Sequence record: PP083182.1
Source of the DNA: Escherichia phage P151
Length of the DNA: 40,500 nt
Direction: 5' to 3' (one strand)
The notes under the pieces were generated by a model. That model saw only the letters and a list, made by a program, of their open reading frames with translations, ran no database searches and had not been told where the DNA came from. Within the stretch, counting starts at the first letter, position 1; every line of letters starts with the position of its first letter. Positions 1-9,511 of this stretch are shown here, in pieces. The position numbers and the translations under genes are program-made.

Positions 1-211
<211 letters not shown>

Positions 212-257
212 GTGCCAATGTCCGGCATGTGACTGGCCATCTCCGTATAGCAGCCAC

Positions 258-280
258 TAATACAACTCACTAAGGGGACA
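258..280 (+). promoter_or_regulatory. Phage RNAP promoter (phi4.3-like), TAATACAACTCACTAAGGGGACA
   Basis: 18/23 match to T7 promoter consensus, upstream of gene 4.3; followed by a GGGGACAG..CTGTTCCC hairpin at the predicted transcript 5' end. Confidence 0.55.
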
Positions 281-323
281 GACACTCTGTTCCCACTTAT
301 CAATCCGCTTAAGGAGAATCACA

Positions 324-536
324 ATGTTTAAATTCATCAATACTCTTGGTAAGCTGGTAGTTAAAATGTACTTCCGTGAAGCTAAACGTCTTAACGACAA
401 GGCACGTAAGGACGCTGCACAGGCTCAACGCTTGGCTAAACAGGCGCGTCTGCTTTCTGAAGATGCAAGTGCTGGCGTAACGTCTGCTGCTAAGATTGCA
501 GCTAAAGCAACCGACCTCAACAAATTCTTTCTGTAA
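324..536 (+). CDS. gp4.3-like small protein (70 aa)
   Basis: ORF with AAGGAG RBS directly after gene 4; size and position as T7 gene 4.3. Confidence 0.6.
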   Translation: MFKFINTLGKLVVKMYFREAKRLNDKARKDAAQAQRLAKQARLLSEDASAGVTSAAKIAAKATDLNKFFL

Positions 537-548
537 GGAGTACACAAC

Positions 549-851
549 ATGGCTATTAAATTCCCCGGTAACACAATCCGTCTGTCCGACACCATCGACC
601 AGTATGCTCGTCGAGTTCACATCAACGTCCGCAATGGCAAGGTCACTTTGGTCTACCGTTGGAAGGACCATAAGTCCACCAAGGCGCACACACAGCGTGT
701 AACTTTGGATGACACACAGGCAGGTCGTCTGCTGGCTTCTGTTGCTGTAGCTGCGACTGTGGCTGTAGGTGAAGACAAGACTCGTGAACTCCTGCTGTCC
801 AAAGTGGCTGGCGAAGAGGGCATGGTGCTGTCTGCGAAGTCTGGAATCTAA
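549..851 (+). CDS. gp4.5-like protein (100 aa)
   Basis: ORF with AAGGAG RBS; position between 4.3 and 4.7 as in T7. Confidence 0.55.
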   Translation: MAIKFPGNTIRLSDTIDQYARRVHINVRNGKVTLVYRWKDHKSTKAHTQRVTLDDTQAGRLLASVAVAATVAVGEDKTRELLLSKVAGEEGMVLSAKSGI

Positions 852-855
852 AAGA

Positions 856-897
856 GTTAAACTAAAGGTCATCTTAATGGTGGCCTTCGTGATTAAC
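856..897 (+). promoter_or_regulatory. RNase III-type processing hairpin (R4.7-like)
   Basis: Member of the repeated AACTnAAGGTC...GGCCTTyrTGATTAAC motif family; lies upstream of gene 4.7 as T7 R4.7. Confidence 0.6.
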
Positions 898-909
898 TTT
901 TGTATGAAA

Positions 910-933
910 TCTATTCAACTCACTAATGGGAGA
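910..933 (+). promoter_or_regulatory. Weak phage promoter-like sequence (phi4.7-like)
   Basis: ATTCAACTCACTAATGGGAGA: core ACTCACTA and GGGAGA present, upstream half degenerate. Confidence 0.35.
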
Positions 934-941
934 ATAACACT

Positions 942-1352
942 ATGCGTAATCGTAATGTAATCGAAGCTGAAATCTCTAAGCTGCAAGCTGAACTGGCTGA
1001 TGTCAAAGAGTATGAATGTGCTCGTGACTCTGCGATACACATCCTGAAGAACTTAGGGTGGACTCGCAAGTATGGCAAGTGGGTCAAACCAGTAGCCAAG
1101 TGTGGTAGCGTTGGTATGCAGACTTTCGATGCAGACAAGATGACCCACATCAAGGCTGGCGACTTCTGCTCATCAACTGAGACATCCTCTCTGTGGTATG
1201 TGCGCAAGGTCGTTGACAATATCTGCTGGTGTTCCCGTGTGAAGCGTATCGCACCTTTCGGAACCTCTGTGACCAACAACAACGTTGGCATACCTGCGAA
1301 GAACCTCAAGGTTATCGACGCTCGTAAATACATGGGCTACGTTCATAAATAA
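942..1352 (+). CDS. gp4.7-like protein (136 aa)
   Basis: ORF just upstream of the DNA polymerase gene; same size and position as T7 gene 4.7. Confidence 0.6.
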   Translation: MRNRNVIEAEISKLQAELADVKEYECARDSAIHILKNLGWTRKYGKWVKPVAKCGSVGMQTFDADKMTHIKAGDFCSSTETSSLWYVRKVVDNICWCSRVKRIAPFGTSVTNNNVGIPAKNLKVIDARKYMGYVHK

Positions 1353-1369
1353 TTTAAGGAGTAAACACA

Positions 1370-3484
1370 ATGTTACTATCCGACATCGAAGCAAACGGGT
1401 TGCTGCACAACGTTAGTCAATTTCACTGTGCGGTGACTTACGACTACACAACTGACCAGTACATCCGTTATCGACCTGATGACTTTGGGGCATATATTGA
1501 TGCTCTCGAAGCTGAGGTTGCTCGCGGTGGTCTCATTGTGTTTCACAACGGGCACAAGTATGACGTTCCGGTTATCGAGAAGCTGGCAAAGCTGATTCTT
1601 AATCGTGACGTTAAGTTCCCGAAAGAGAACGTATTGGACACCTTGGTGATGTCCCGACTGATTTACTCTAACATCAAAGACACCGATGCTGGTCTGCTCC
1701 GTGCTGGCAAGCTACCGGGTAGTCGCTTTGGGTCTCACGCTCTGGAAGCATGGGGCTACCGCTTAGGCGAAATGAAGGGTGAGTACAAGGACGACTTTAA
1801 GAAGTCACTGGAAGAGTCTGGTGATGAATACGAAGACGGGATGGAGTGGCTGTTCTTCAACGAAGACATGATGGAATATAACGTTCAAGACGTTGTAGTC
1901 ACCAAGGCACTCTTTGAGAAACTGTGTAGTAACACTTTCTATTTCCCTAACGAGACACCCGCTGGAAGCACAGAAGCAGACCGTTTCTGGAATGGTAGCA
2001 TTGAGGCTGTCAAACTGGAACATGATGCTGCATGGTTGTTAGCTAAGATGGAACGTAACGGTTTTCCTATTGACATCAAGTCCTTAGAGAACCTCTACGC
2101 TGAACTGGCTGGTCGCCGTGGTGAACTGCTGGTAGAACTAACCAACACTTTCGGCTCATGGTATCAGGCCAAGGGTGGCGTTGAAGCATTCCGTCATCCG
2201 AGAACTGGTAAGCCTCTCACTAAGTACCCTCGTGTGAAGTACCCGAAACAGGGTGGCATCTTTAAGAAGCCTAAGAACAAGAAGCAACGTGAAGGCTTAG
2301 AACCGTGTGAGTTGGATACCCGCGATTACGTTGAGGGTGCTCCGTATACTCCGGTTGAGCACGTTGTGTTTAACCCTGCGAGCCGAGACCACATCACTCG
2401 TGTGCTTACCAAAGCTGGCTGGGTGCCCGTTGAGTTCACTCCTAGTGGTGCGCCAAAGGTAGACGATGAGGTCTTAGAGCACGTTAAGGTAGACGACCCT
2501 GATGCACAACGTTGCATTGAGTTAATTAAAGAATACCTTATGATTCAGAAGCGTATCGGTCAGGTTGCTGAAGGTGATAACGGCTGGCTCCGAATGATTG
2601 GAGAGGATGGTCGTATTCACGGTAGCGTTAACCCGAACGGTGCGGTAACTGGACGCGCAACCCATAGTTTCCCTAACGTGGCACAGGTGCCTTCAATCCG
2701 TGCTGCTTATGGTGAACCTTGCCGTGCTGCTTTCGGTGCCGAGCACAACATGAAAGACGGTAAGCCAGACCCTTGGATTCAAGTTGGTGTGGATGCGTCC
2801 GGCCTTGAGCTACGCTGCTTGGGCCACTTCATGTATCGTTATGATGAGGGTGAGTACGTTGAGACCATCCTAACGGGTGACATTCATACGAAGAACCAAT
2901 TGGCTGCTGGTCTGCCGACTCGTGACAACGCTAAGACGTTTATCTATGGGTTCCTCTATGGTGCTGGTGCTGCGAAGATTGGACAGATTGTTGGTGGTAC
3001 TGCCGAAGATGGTAAGCGACTCATCAAGAACTTCCTTGAGCAAACTCCGGCTATCGCTGCGTTACGTGAAGCAATCACAGGGACACTCGTCAAGGACTCC
3101 AAGTGGGTTGGCGGTGAACAGAAAGTAACTTGGAAACGCCGTTGGGTTCGTGGCTTGGATGGTCGTAAAGTCCACGTCCGTAGTCCTCACGCTGCGTTGA
3201 ACACCTTGTTGCAGTCTGCTGGCGCTCTTATTTGTAAACTGTGGATTGTCAAGACAGAAGAGATGCTCCTTGAGATGGGCTACAAACATGGCTGGGATGG
3301 TGACTTCTGCCTCATGGGGTGGATACATGACGAGCAACAGCTTGCTTGCCGTACAGAAGAGATTGCCAAAGTTGTAATCGAAGTATCTCAACAGGCTATG
3401 CGCTGGGTAGGCGACCACTTTAACTTCCGGTGCCAATTAGATACTGAAGGAAAGATGGGTCCGAATTGGGCTGTATGTCACTAA
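1370..3484 (+). CDS. DNA polymerase gp5 (family A, 704 aa)
   Basis: Same length as T7 gp5; conserved blocks LIVFHNGHKYDVP (exonuclease), GSHALEAWGYRLGEMKGEYKDDFK, KTFIYGFLYGAG, HDE near C-terminus, ending GKMGPNWAVCH. Confidence 0.97.
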   Translation: MLLSDIEANGLLHNVSQFHCAVTYDYTTDQYIRYRPDDFGAYIDALEAEVARGGLIVFHNGHKYDVPVIEKLAKLILNRDVKFPKENVLDTLVMSRLIYSNIKDTDAGLLRAGKLPGSRFGSHALEAWGYRLGEMKGEYKDDFKKSLEESGDEYEDGMEWLFFNEDMMEYNVQDVVVTKALFEKLCSNTFYFPNETPAGSTEADRFWNGSIEAVKLEHDAAWLLAKMERNGFPIDIKSLENLYAELAGRRGELLVELTNTFGSWYQAKGGVEAFRHPRTGKPLTKYPRVKYPKQGGIFKKPKNKKQREGLEPCELDTRDYVEGAPYTPVEHVVFNPASRDHITRVLTKAGWVPVEFTPSGAPKVDDEVLEHVKVDDPDAQRCIELIKEYLMIQKRIGQVAEGDNGWLRMIGEDGRIHGSVNPNGAVTGRATHSFPNVAQVPSIRAAYGEPCRAAFGAEHNMKDGKPDPWIQVGVDASGLELRCLGHFMYRYDEGEYVETILTGDIHTKNQLAAGLPTRDNAKTFIYGFLYGAGAAKIGQIVGGTAEDGKRLIKNFLEQTPAIAALREAITGTLVKDSKWVGGEQKVTWKRRWVRGLDGRKVHVRSPHAALNTLLQSAGALICKLWIVKTEEMLLEMGYKHGWDGDFCLMGWIHDEQQLACRTEEIAKVVIEVSQQAMRWVGDHFNFRCQLDTEGKMGPNWAVCH

Positions 3485-3503
3485 TTAACAGGAGAAATAT
3501 ATC

Positions 3504-3797
3504 ATGGCTATTACTAAACGTTTTAAAGTATCATTCGAAATGACCGTAAAGGTTGACTCTGAGACTGAAGATATGCTGAAAGAACGTATCTTGGATTTGG
3601 CTCGTAGCATTCGTGATGGTGAGTCCGTGAGTGCACAGGACAAAGAGTTACTCGTGCAGGCTCTTACTCATGGTGCCGATGGTGTTGTTGCCTTTGCTGT
3701 TAAGCAGGGAGTTCGTAATGAAATCCGTGAGATGGGCATTGAGCACCACGGAGAGGGCATTAAGTTTGCACCAGCTACTATTCGTGAGGTGAAGTAA
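3504..3797 (+). CDS. gp5.5-like protein (97 aa)
   Basis: N-terminal M-A-(I/M)-TK-(R/K)-FKVSF and C-terminal ATxREV resemble T7 gp5.5; located directly after gene 5. Confidence 0.7.
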   Translation: MAITKRFKVSFEMTVKVDSETEDMLKERILDLARSIRDGESVSAQDKELLVQALTHGADGVVAFAVKQGVRNEIREMGIEHHGEGIKFAPATIREVK

Positions 3798-4006
3798 TGG
3801 GTGATTATCTACGTGTACTGGCGGCTATCAAAAGCTGCCCTAAGACCTTTCAGTCTAACTATGTGCGCAACAATGCGTCACTGGTGGCTGAGGCTGCGAG
3901 TCGTGGTCATATCTCTTGCCTATCAGTCGATGGGCGTAATGCTGGCGCTTGGGAAGTAACAGGCGAAGGCGTCCGTTTCCTGGCGCTGATGGGAGGTTGT
4001 GTATGA
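3797..4006 (+). CDS. gp5.7-like protein (69 aa)
   Basis: LxAIKSCPKTFQSNYVRNNASLVAEAASRGHISCLS closely resembles T7 gp5.7; start overlaps the 5.5 stop. Confidence 0.8.
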   Translation: MGDYLRVLAAIKSCPKTFQSNYVRNNASLVAEAASRGHISCLSVDGRNAGAWEVTGEGVRFLALMGGCV

Positions 4007-4185
4007 GCATATCTAAAAGTGACACTGTAACTATGCCTCGTGAAGCATGGAACGATGTTAACGCATATATTGAGTTCCTTGAGGGTCGCCTAGCGAAGCT
4101 GAATGCTCTCGAGGCCCACGGTGTAGACAATTGGTGTGGATATGATGATGCCATAACTGAACTCTTTACGGAGGATGACGTATGA
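4003..4185 (+). CDS. gp5.9-like protein (60 aa), possible RecBCD inhibitor homolog
   Basis: ATGA overlap with the 5.7 stop; acidic small protein at the T7 gene 5.9 position. Confidence 0.5.
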   Translation: MSISKSDTVTMPREAWNDVNAYIEFLEGRLAKLNALEAHGVDNWCGYDDAITELFTEDDV

Positions 4186-4475
4186 GTAACCCATTAACTG
4201 CAACAGAAATCCTACTGTCTAACTTACTGGCTGATGTACCTTGGTGCGATGAGTTGCCAGATGAGTTCGAACTGTTCGTGTCTGGAGATTGGACTGACGA
4301 AGGGAAGACCGAAGGTAAACTTGATGTTGTCAAACACTTACCTTCTGGTCGTTTCTTTGAGTGCTTCTTCACTCGACATGGCGACCACTGGCAAGGCTAT
4401 GAGACTTCCTTTGATGGATGTAGTGAAGTAGAACCTTATGAAGCCACTGTAATCTTATGGAAGGAGGTGAAGTAA
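4182..4475 (+). CDS. Hypothetical protein (97 aa), no T7 counterpart
   Basis: ORF with GGAGG RBS; start overlaps the 5.9 stop and stop overlaps the gene 6 start (translational coupling); acidic, Cys/His-containing. Confidence 0.6.
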   Translation: MSNPLTATEILLSNLLADVPWCDELPDEFELFVSGDWTDEGKTEGKLDVVKHLPSGRFFECFFTRHGDHWQGYETSFDGCSEVEPYEATVILWKEVK

Positions 4476-5389
4476 TGAGTGCAATTACACTGAATGAGTT
4501 CTATGAGATTCGCCAAGGTAAATCCGATAAGGGTGTTCTCGTAATGGATGGTGACTGGCTGGTATTCCAAGCGATGGCAGCAAGTGAAGTCGAGACCGAT
4601 TGGGGTGACGATGTGTGGACCTTAGAGTGTGACCACGGGAAAGCGTGGAACATTCTGGTAGACTCCATCAAGTCCTATGCCGGTCGCAAGAAGGCTTGGC
4701 GTGATGCGCCTATCGTATTGGCCTTCACTGACTCTGTGAACTGGCGTAAGGAACTTGTGGACCCAACCTACAAGGAGAACCGTAAGGCATCCCGTAAGCC
4801 TGTAGGCTACCATGCGTTCATCGAGCGTGTTCAAGCCTTTGAGGACTGGACGTCTATCCTTGAGCCTCGCTTAGAGGGTGATGACGTAATGGGAATCATT
4901 GGGTCTGGTGCTAAACATTTTGGTTTCAATAAGGCTGTGCTGGTCTCCTGTGATAAGGACTTTAAGACTATCCCTGATTGTGACTTCTTGTGGTGTACTA
5001 CTGGTAACATCTTGACTCAAGACCAGACGACTGCCGACTACTGGCACATCTATCAGACCATTAAAGGTGACTTGACAGATGGCTATGGTGGCATTCCGGG
5101 CTGGGGCGAGACTACCGCTGAGTGGCTGGAGAACCCATATGCCTTTGAACAGGTTGAGAAAACTTTCAAGTCTGGTGCTCGTAAGGGACAGACAGTTCTC
5201 GAATGGAAAAAGGTTGACATTGGTGAGCGAACCCTATGGGAAGCCATTGTGACACTTGGTGCGAAAGCTGGGATGACCGAAGAGGAAATCATTAAGCAAG
5301 GCCAGATGGCTCGCATCCTACGTTTCGAAGAGTATAACTTTATCGACAAGGAGATTTACCTATGGTCGCCGGAACAGTTGCGTTCATGA
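4475..5389 (+). CDS. 5'-3' exonuclease gp6
   Basis: GVLVMDGDWLVFQAM, PIVLAFTDSVNWRKELVDPTYK, EGDDVMG, DKDFKTIPDCDFLWCTTGNILTQ, KQGQMARILRFEEYNFIDKEIYLW match T7 gp6; ATG at 4475 after AGGAGG. Confidence 0.95.
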   Translation: MSAITLNEFYEIRQGKSDKGVLVMDGDWLVFQAMAASEVETDWGDDVWTLECDHGKAWNILVDSIKSYAGRKKAWRDAPIVLAFTDSVNWRKELVDPTYKENRKASRKPVGYHAFIERVQAFEDWTSILEPRLEGDDVMGIIGSGAKHFGFNKAVLVSCDKDFKTIPDCDFLWCTTGNILTQDQTTADYWHIYQTIKGDLTDGYGGIPGWGETTAEWLENPYAFEQVEKTFKSGARKGQTVLEWKKVDIGERTLWEAIVTLGAKAGMTEEEIIKQGQMARILRFEEYNFIDKEIYLWSPEQLRS

Positions 5390-5448
5390 TGTTCGCAATC
5401 GTAGCCTTCTCTATGGTGTTGGCTGCATGTATAGCTAAGAGTGTGTAA
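5386..5448 (+). CDS. Small hydrophobic ORF (20 aa), gp6.3-like by position
   Basis: MMFAIVAFSMVLAACIAKSV; overlaps the gene 6 stop. Very short, so speculative. Confidence 0.3.
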   Translation: MMFAIVAFSMVLAACIAKSV

Positions 5449-5476
5449 CTCTAGGCATTCTTCTCGACAGTGAAAT

Positions 5477-5499
5477 TAATACGACTCACTATTGAGAGG
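5477..5499 (+). promoter_or_regulatory. Phage RNAP promoter phi6.5 (TAATACGACTCACTATTGAGAGG)
   Basis: Exact match to T7 consensus from -17 to -2; precedes gene 6.5. Confidence 0.85.
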
Positions 5500-5551
5500 G
5501 GTGCCTATATGATACCTACTTTAAGTTCTAACTTTAAGGAGAACATTAACT

Positions 5552-5797
5552 ATGTTAACCCCTATTAAGAAGTACATGGAGAACCCGCAAGATATTCCTA
5601 ATGTGCCTCGTGCAACTATGGAGTACCTTCAGGTTCAATATAACGCTGGATATGCTATGCAGTCTGGTCTAGTCAACCGATTGAAACAGGCTGGGTGGTC
5701 TGAAAGCTACATCGCTGGGTTCCTCGCGGGTCTCAACTATGCGTCTCAAACCTTAGACGACATGGAGGCAATCCGTAAGGAACAGGCAGATTCGTAA
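5552..5797 (+). CDS. gp6.5-like protein (81 aa)
   Basis: ORF with AAGGAG RBS downstream of phi6.5; synteny with T7 6.5. Confidence 0.6.
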   Translation: MLTPIKKYMENPQDIPNVPRATMEYLQVQYNAGYAMQSGLVNRLKQAGWSESYIAGFLAGLNYASQTLDDMEAIRKEQADS

Positions 5798-5806
5798 GGA
5801 GGTCTT

Positions 5807-6079
5807 ATGTGCTTTTCGCCAAAGATTAAGACACCTAAAGTGGATACTAACCAAGTCCGTGCGGTAGACCCTGCACCTCTTACTGAGGAACCGAAAGGCA
5901 TCCTCTTTGGTGGTGACGATGACACTGATAACGGAACCTCTTCTGAGGTGCCAACTGGTGGCAAGAAGTCCCTGAAGGTGGAACTGGATGACTCCGTTGA
6001 GAAATCCAAGAAGGCTGATAATGCGGCTAAGAATAAGTCCAAGTCTGGTATTCGCACCAGTGTCTTTAAGAAGAAATAA
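5807..6079 (+). CDS. gp6.7-like virion protein (90 aa)
   Basis: MCFSPKIKTPK-x-DTNQ-x-RAV-x-PAPLT N-terminus resembles T7 gp6.7; AGGAGG RBS. Confidence 0.8.
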   Translation: MCFSPKIKTPKVDTNQVRAVDPAPLTEEPKGILFGGDDDTDNGTSSEVPTGGKKSLKVELDDSVEKSKKADNAAKNKSKSGIRTSVFKKK

Positions 6080-6097
6080 CTAGGAGGAGTTTGGTAA

Positions 6098-6484
6098 ATG
6101 ATTACAGCACATAAGTGCACAGAACGTGCGGCAGCTATTGTCTGGACTGTGGAGCACTTAGGGTTGCCAGAAGGGTTCACTACGTTAAGCGAGTACGCTG
6201 ACTACGTGGATGGGCTTATGGATGACGCTGGGTACGAAGAGTTCTACTTTAAGAATGCCAAGGGTTATCCTGTGGCTTATGTAGCGCTCTGTATCAGCAA
6301 CGACATACACCATAAGGGTGACATATTGGACATCACCAATATAGTCATTAAGCCATGCTCCGGGTATGCACCTTGGGTCTGGCGCTGGGTGTTAGCTGAG
6401 GCGACTCGTAGAGGTTGCCATTGGGTCTCCCGTTGTGTGCATGAACACGATGGGTCAATTCGAAACGTATTCAAGAGGGTATAA
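6098..6484 (+). CDS. gp7-like protein (128 aa)
   Basis: ORF with AGGAGG RBS at the T7 gene 7 position. Confidence 0.55.
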   Translation: MITAHKCTERAAAIVWTVEHLGLPEGFTTLSEYADYVDGLMDDAGYEEFYFKNAKGYPVAYVALCISNDIHHKGDILDITNIVIKPCSGYAPWVWRWVLAEATRRGCHWVSRCVHEHDGSIRNVFKRV

Positions 6485-6486
6485 TC

Positions 6487-6789
6487 ATGGGTAAGAAGAT
6501 TAAGAAAACAGTGAAGAAGGTTGTTCGTAAAGTCACTAAACCAGTAGAGAAGGCCGTTAAGGGGACTGTAGGTGCGTTAGCTGGAGGCGGTGAACCAGAT
6601 GTTAAGGTAGTGGAACAAGCTGCTCCAGTGGCTGCTCCTGTTGCCGCACAGATTATCGAGCCGCCAAGTAAAGACGAAGTGGATACTGATGATGAGGCAC
6701 AGACAGAGTCTGGTAAGAAGAAAGCGCGTGCTGGTGGTAAGAAGTCTCTGAGTGTCGCCCGTAGCTCTGGTGGTGGTCTGAATATCTAA
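6487..6789 (+). CDS. gp7.3-like tail/host-recognition protein (100 aa)
   Basis: Lys-rich N-terminus and C-terminal ESGKKKARAGGKKSLSVARSSGGGLNI closely resemble T7 gp7.3. Confidence 0.85.
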   Translation: MGKKIKKTVKKVVRKVTKPVEKAVKGTVGALAGGGEPDVKVVEQAAPVAAPVAAQIIEPPSKDEVDTDDEAQTESGKKKARAGGKKSLSVARSSGGGLNI

Positions 6790-6802
6790 TTAAGGAGGCA
6801 CT

Positions 6803-8410
6803 ATGGCAAGCTCACAGAAACGTGAAGGCTTCGCGGAGAATGGTGCCAAGGCGGTGTATGACGCATTGAAGAACGACCGGAACTCCTATGAGACCCGTGC
6901 GGAAAACTGTGCGAAGTACACCATCCCTTCGTTGTTCCCTAAAGACTCCGACAACGCCTCTACTGACTATACCACTCCGTGGCAAGCAGTTGGTGCTCGT
7001 GGCTTGAACAACTTGGCCTCTAAGCTCATGCTCGCTCTGTTCCCTATGCAGACGTGGATGAAGCTAACCATCTCTGAGTTCGAAGCGAAACAATTGGTTG
7101 CACAGCCTGCTGAACTGGCGAAGGTCGAAGAAGGTCTCTCTATGGTCGAGCGAATCTTGATGAACTACATCGAGTCAAACTCATACCGTGTGACACTCTT
7201 TGAGACCCTCAAGCAGTTGGTAGTTGCAGGTAACGCTCTGCTCTACATTCCTGAGCCTGAAGGTACTTACAACCCCATGAAGTTATACCGCTTGTCTTCT
7301 TATGTTGTCCAACGAGACGCATTCGGCACGGTACTACAGATTGTGACCTTGGATAAGACTGCTTATGCAGCACTGCCAGAAGACGTAAGAAACTCTATGG
7401 ACTCAGGTCAGGAACATAAAGGCGACGAAATGATTGATGTGTACACACACATTTATCTTGACGAAGAATCTGGTGAGTACCTCAAGTACGAAGAGATTGA
7501 TGGCGTTGAAGTTGATGGCACAGATGCTTCTTATCCGGTGGACGCTTGTCCGTATATCCCGGTTCGCATGGTGCGTATTGACGGAGAGTCATATGGTCGT
7601 TCTTACTGTGAGGAATACTTAGGTGACTTACGGTCCCTTGAGAACCTCCAAGAAGCTATCGTTAAGATGTCAATGATTAGTGCAAAGGTTATCGGCTTGG
7701 TTAACCCGGCTGGTATCACACAGGTTCGTCGCTTAACGAAAGCACAGACAGGTGACTTTGTGTCTGGTCGTCCAGAAGACATCTCGTTCCTTCAGTTGGA
7801 AAAGGCCGCTGACTTCTCTGTAGCGAAAGCTGTGAGTGAACAGATTGAAGGTCGACTTTCCTATGCCTTTATGTTGAACTCTGCGGTACAGCGTACTGGT
7901 GAGCGTGTGACAGCCGAAGAGATTCGTTATGTTGCATCGGAACTGGAAGATACCCTTGGCGGTGTCTATTCGATTCTCTCACAGGAACTCCAGTTACCTA
8001 TGGTGCGTGTACTGCTGAAACAACTTCAAGCAACCAATCAGATTCCTGAGTTACCGAAAGAGGCCGTCGAGCCTACTATCAGTACCGGGATGGAAGCATT
8101 GGGTCGTGGTCAAGACCTCGATAAGCTGGAACGCTGTATTGCTGCGTGGTCTGCTCTTGCTCCCATGCAGAATGACCCGGACATCAACATTGCGACCATT
8201 AAGTTGCGCATTGCGAACGCTATCGGCATCGACACTTCTGGTATCCTTAAGACACCTGAAGAGAAGCAACAGGAGATGGCTGAGGCCGCTCAAGGTACTG
8301 CACTGGAGAACGCTGCTGCATCTGCTGGTGCTGGTGCTGGTTCACTCGCTACTGCAAGCCCTGAGAACATGCAAGCTGCTGCTGAACAGGCTGGAATGGT
8401 TCCAAATTAA
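6803..8410 (+). CDS. Portal (head-to-tail connector) protein gp8 (535 aa)
   Basis: Extensive identity to T7 gp8, e.g. TDYTTPWQAVGARGLNNLASKLMLALFPMQTWM, GESYGRSYCEEYLGDLRSLENLQEAIVKMSMIS, TAEEIRYVASELEDTLGGVYSILSQELQLP. Confidence 0.97.
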   Translation: MASSQKREGFAENGAKAVYDALKNDRNSYETRAENCAKYTIPSLFPKDSDNASTDYTTPWQAVGARGLNNLASKLMLALFPMQTWMKLTISEFEAKQLVAQPAELAKVEEGLSMVERILMNYIESNSYRVTLFETLKQLVVAGNALLYIPEPEGTYNPMKLYRLSSYVVQRDAFGTVLQIVTLDKTAYAALPEDVRNSMDSGQEHKGDEMIDVYTHIYLDEESGEYLKYEEIDGVEVDGTDASYPVDACPYIPVRMVRIDGESYGRSYCEEYLGDLRSLENLQEAIVKMSMISAKVIGLVNPAGITQVRRLTKAQTGDFVSGRPEDISFLQLEKAADFSVAKAVSEQIEGRLSYAFMLNSAVQRTGERVTAEEIRYVASELEDTLGGVYSILSQELQLPMVRVLLKQLQATNQIPELPKEAVEPTISTGMEALGRGQDLDKLERCIAAWSALAPMQNDPDINIATIKLRIANAIGIDTSGILKTPEEKQQEMAEAAQGTALENAAASAGAGAGSLATASPENMQAAAEQAGMVPN

Positions 8411-8430
8411 TACGACTCACTAATGGGAGA
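8408..8430 (+). promoter_or_regulatory. Phage RNAP promoter phi9 (TAATACGACTCACTAATGGGAGA)
   Basis: Overlaps the gene 8 stop codon; followed by a GGGAG..CTCCC hairpin. Confidence 0.85.
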
Positions 8431-8479
8431 GACAATGCGTCCTCCCTTTGAGTTAAACTTTATGAAGGAGATAACAATT

Positions 8480-9379
8480 ATGGCTGGTGAATCTAACGCT
8501 GACGTATACGCATCTTTTGGTGTGAACTCTGCGGTTGTTGGTGGGTCTACTCCTACTGACCACGAACAGGCTATGCTTGAACTTGATGTTGCTGCCCGTG
8601 ATGGCGATGATGCAATCGAGTTAGTTAGCAACGATGACCCGTATGGCAATCCAGACCCATTCGGTGAAGAAGATGAGAATCGTACTGAGATTCGTATCTC
8701 CACTGATGGTGAACCTGAAGTAACCGAAGAAGGTGAAATTGACTACGAAGAAGGCTCCGAAGAGTTTGAACCAGTTGGGGACGTTCCAGATGAACTGAAC
8801 GAAGCCTCAAGTCAACTCGAAGAGCACGAAGCAGGTTTCGAAGAGATGGTCAGTCAGGCTGCTGAACGTGGTCTGTCAGAAGAAACCATTGTCCGAATCC
8901 AGCAAGAATATGGCGAAGATGGTCTGTCAGAAGAGTCCTATGAAGAACTGGCTAAAGCTGGTTACTCTAAGTCCTTCGTTGACTCCTACATCCGTGGTCA
9001 GGAAGCTCTGGTAGAACAGTATGTTCAGTCCGTTATGGAGTATGCTGGTGGTGAAGAACAATTCCAAGCAATCTACAATCACCTCGAAGTGTCCAACCCG
9101 GATGCTGCTGAGTCTCTGATTAGTGCCTTGGAGAACCGTGACCTCGCAACAGTTAAAGCTATCGTGAATCTCGCTGGTGCAAGCCGTGCGAAGACTTTCG
9201 GTAAACCTGCTGCCCGTAGTATCTCTAAACGTGCCGTACCTGCTGCACCTGTACGCACCAAACAGTCTGGCTTTGAGTCACAGGCTGAGATGATTGCTGC
9301 AATGTCCGACCCTCGCTATCGTCACGACAGTAAGTTCCGTGCGGAAGTCGAGCGCAAGATGATGTACAGTCAGTTCTAA
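8480..9379 (+). CDS. Capsid assembly (scaffolding) protein gp9
   Basis: Start chosen at the ATG after GAAGGAGA (not the upstream ATG inside the promoter); MAGESNADVYASFGVNSAV, highly acidic, SYIRGQEALVEQYV and AMSDPRYR match T7 gp9. Confidence 0.92.
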   Translation: MAGESNADVYASFGVNSAVVGGSTPTDHEQAMLELDVAARDGDDAIELVSNDDPYGNPDPFGEEDENRTEIRISTDGEPEVTEEGEIDYEEGSEEFEPVGDVPDELNEASSQLEEHEAGFEEMVSQAAERGLSEETIVRIQQEYGEDGLSEESYEELAKAGYSKSFVDSYIRGQEALVEQYVQSVMEYAGGEEQFQAIYNHLEVSNPDAAESLISALENRDLATVKAIVNLAGASRAKTFGKPAARSISKRAVPAAPVRTKQSGFESQAEMIAAMSDPRYRHDSKFRAEVERKMMYSQF

Positions 9380-9382
9380 AAT

Positions 9383-9405
9383 TAATACGACTCACTATTG
9401 GGAGA
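9383..9405 (+). promoter_or_regulatory. Phage RNAP promoter phi10 (TAATACGACTCACTATTGGGAGA)
   Basis: Consensus promoter followed by GGGAGAG-loop-TTCTCCC hairpin at the transcript 5' end, as in the T7 phi10 leader. Confidence 0.9.
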
Positions 9406-9511
9406 GACATTACGTTCTCCCACTTTGAGTGATACACAATGAGAACCAACTCGTTTCAAGTAGTACCTCACATTTAAACTTTTATCATAAATCAACAGAA
9501 GGAGATTCAAC

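Noticed and set aside
8423-8479. Upstream ATG (ORF-track start) for the scaffolding gene
   Set aside because: That ATG lies within the phi9 promoter and leader hairpin; the ATG at 8480 has a proper RBS and gives the conserved MAGESNA N-terminus. Upstream ORF-track starts for gene 12 (11265), gene 15 (14747) and gene 6 (4457) were rejected for the same reason.
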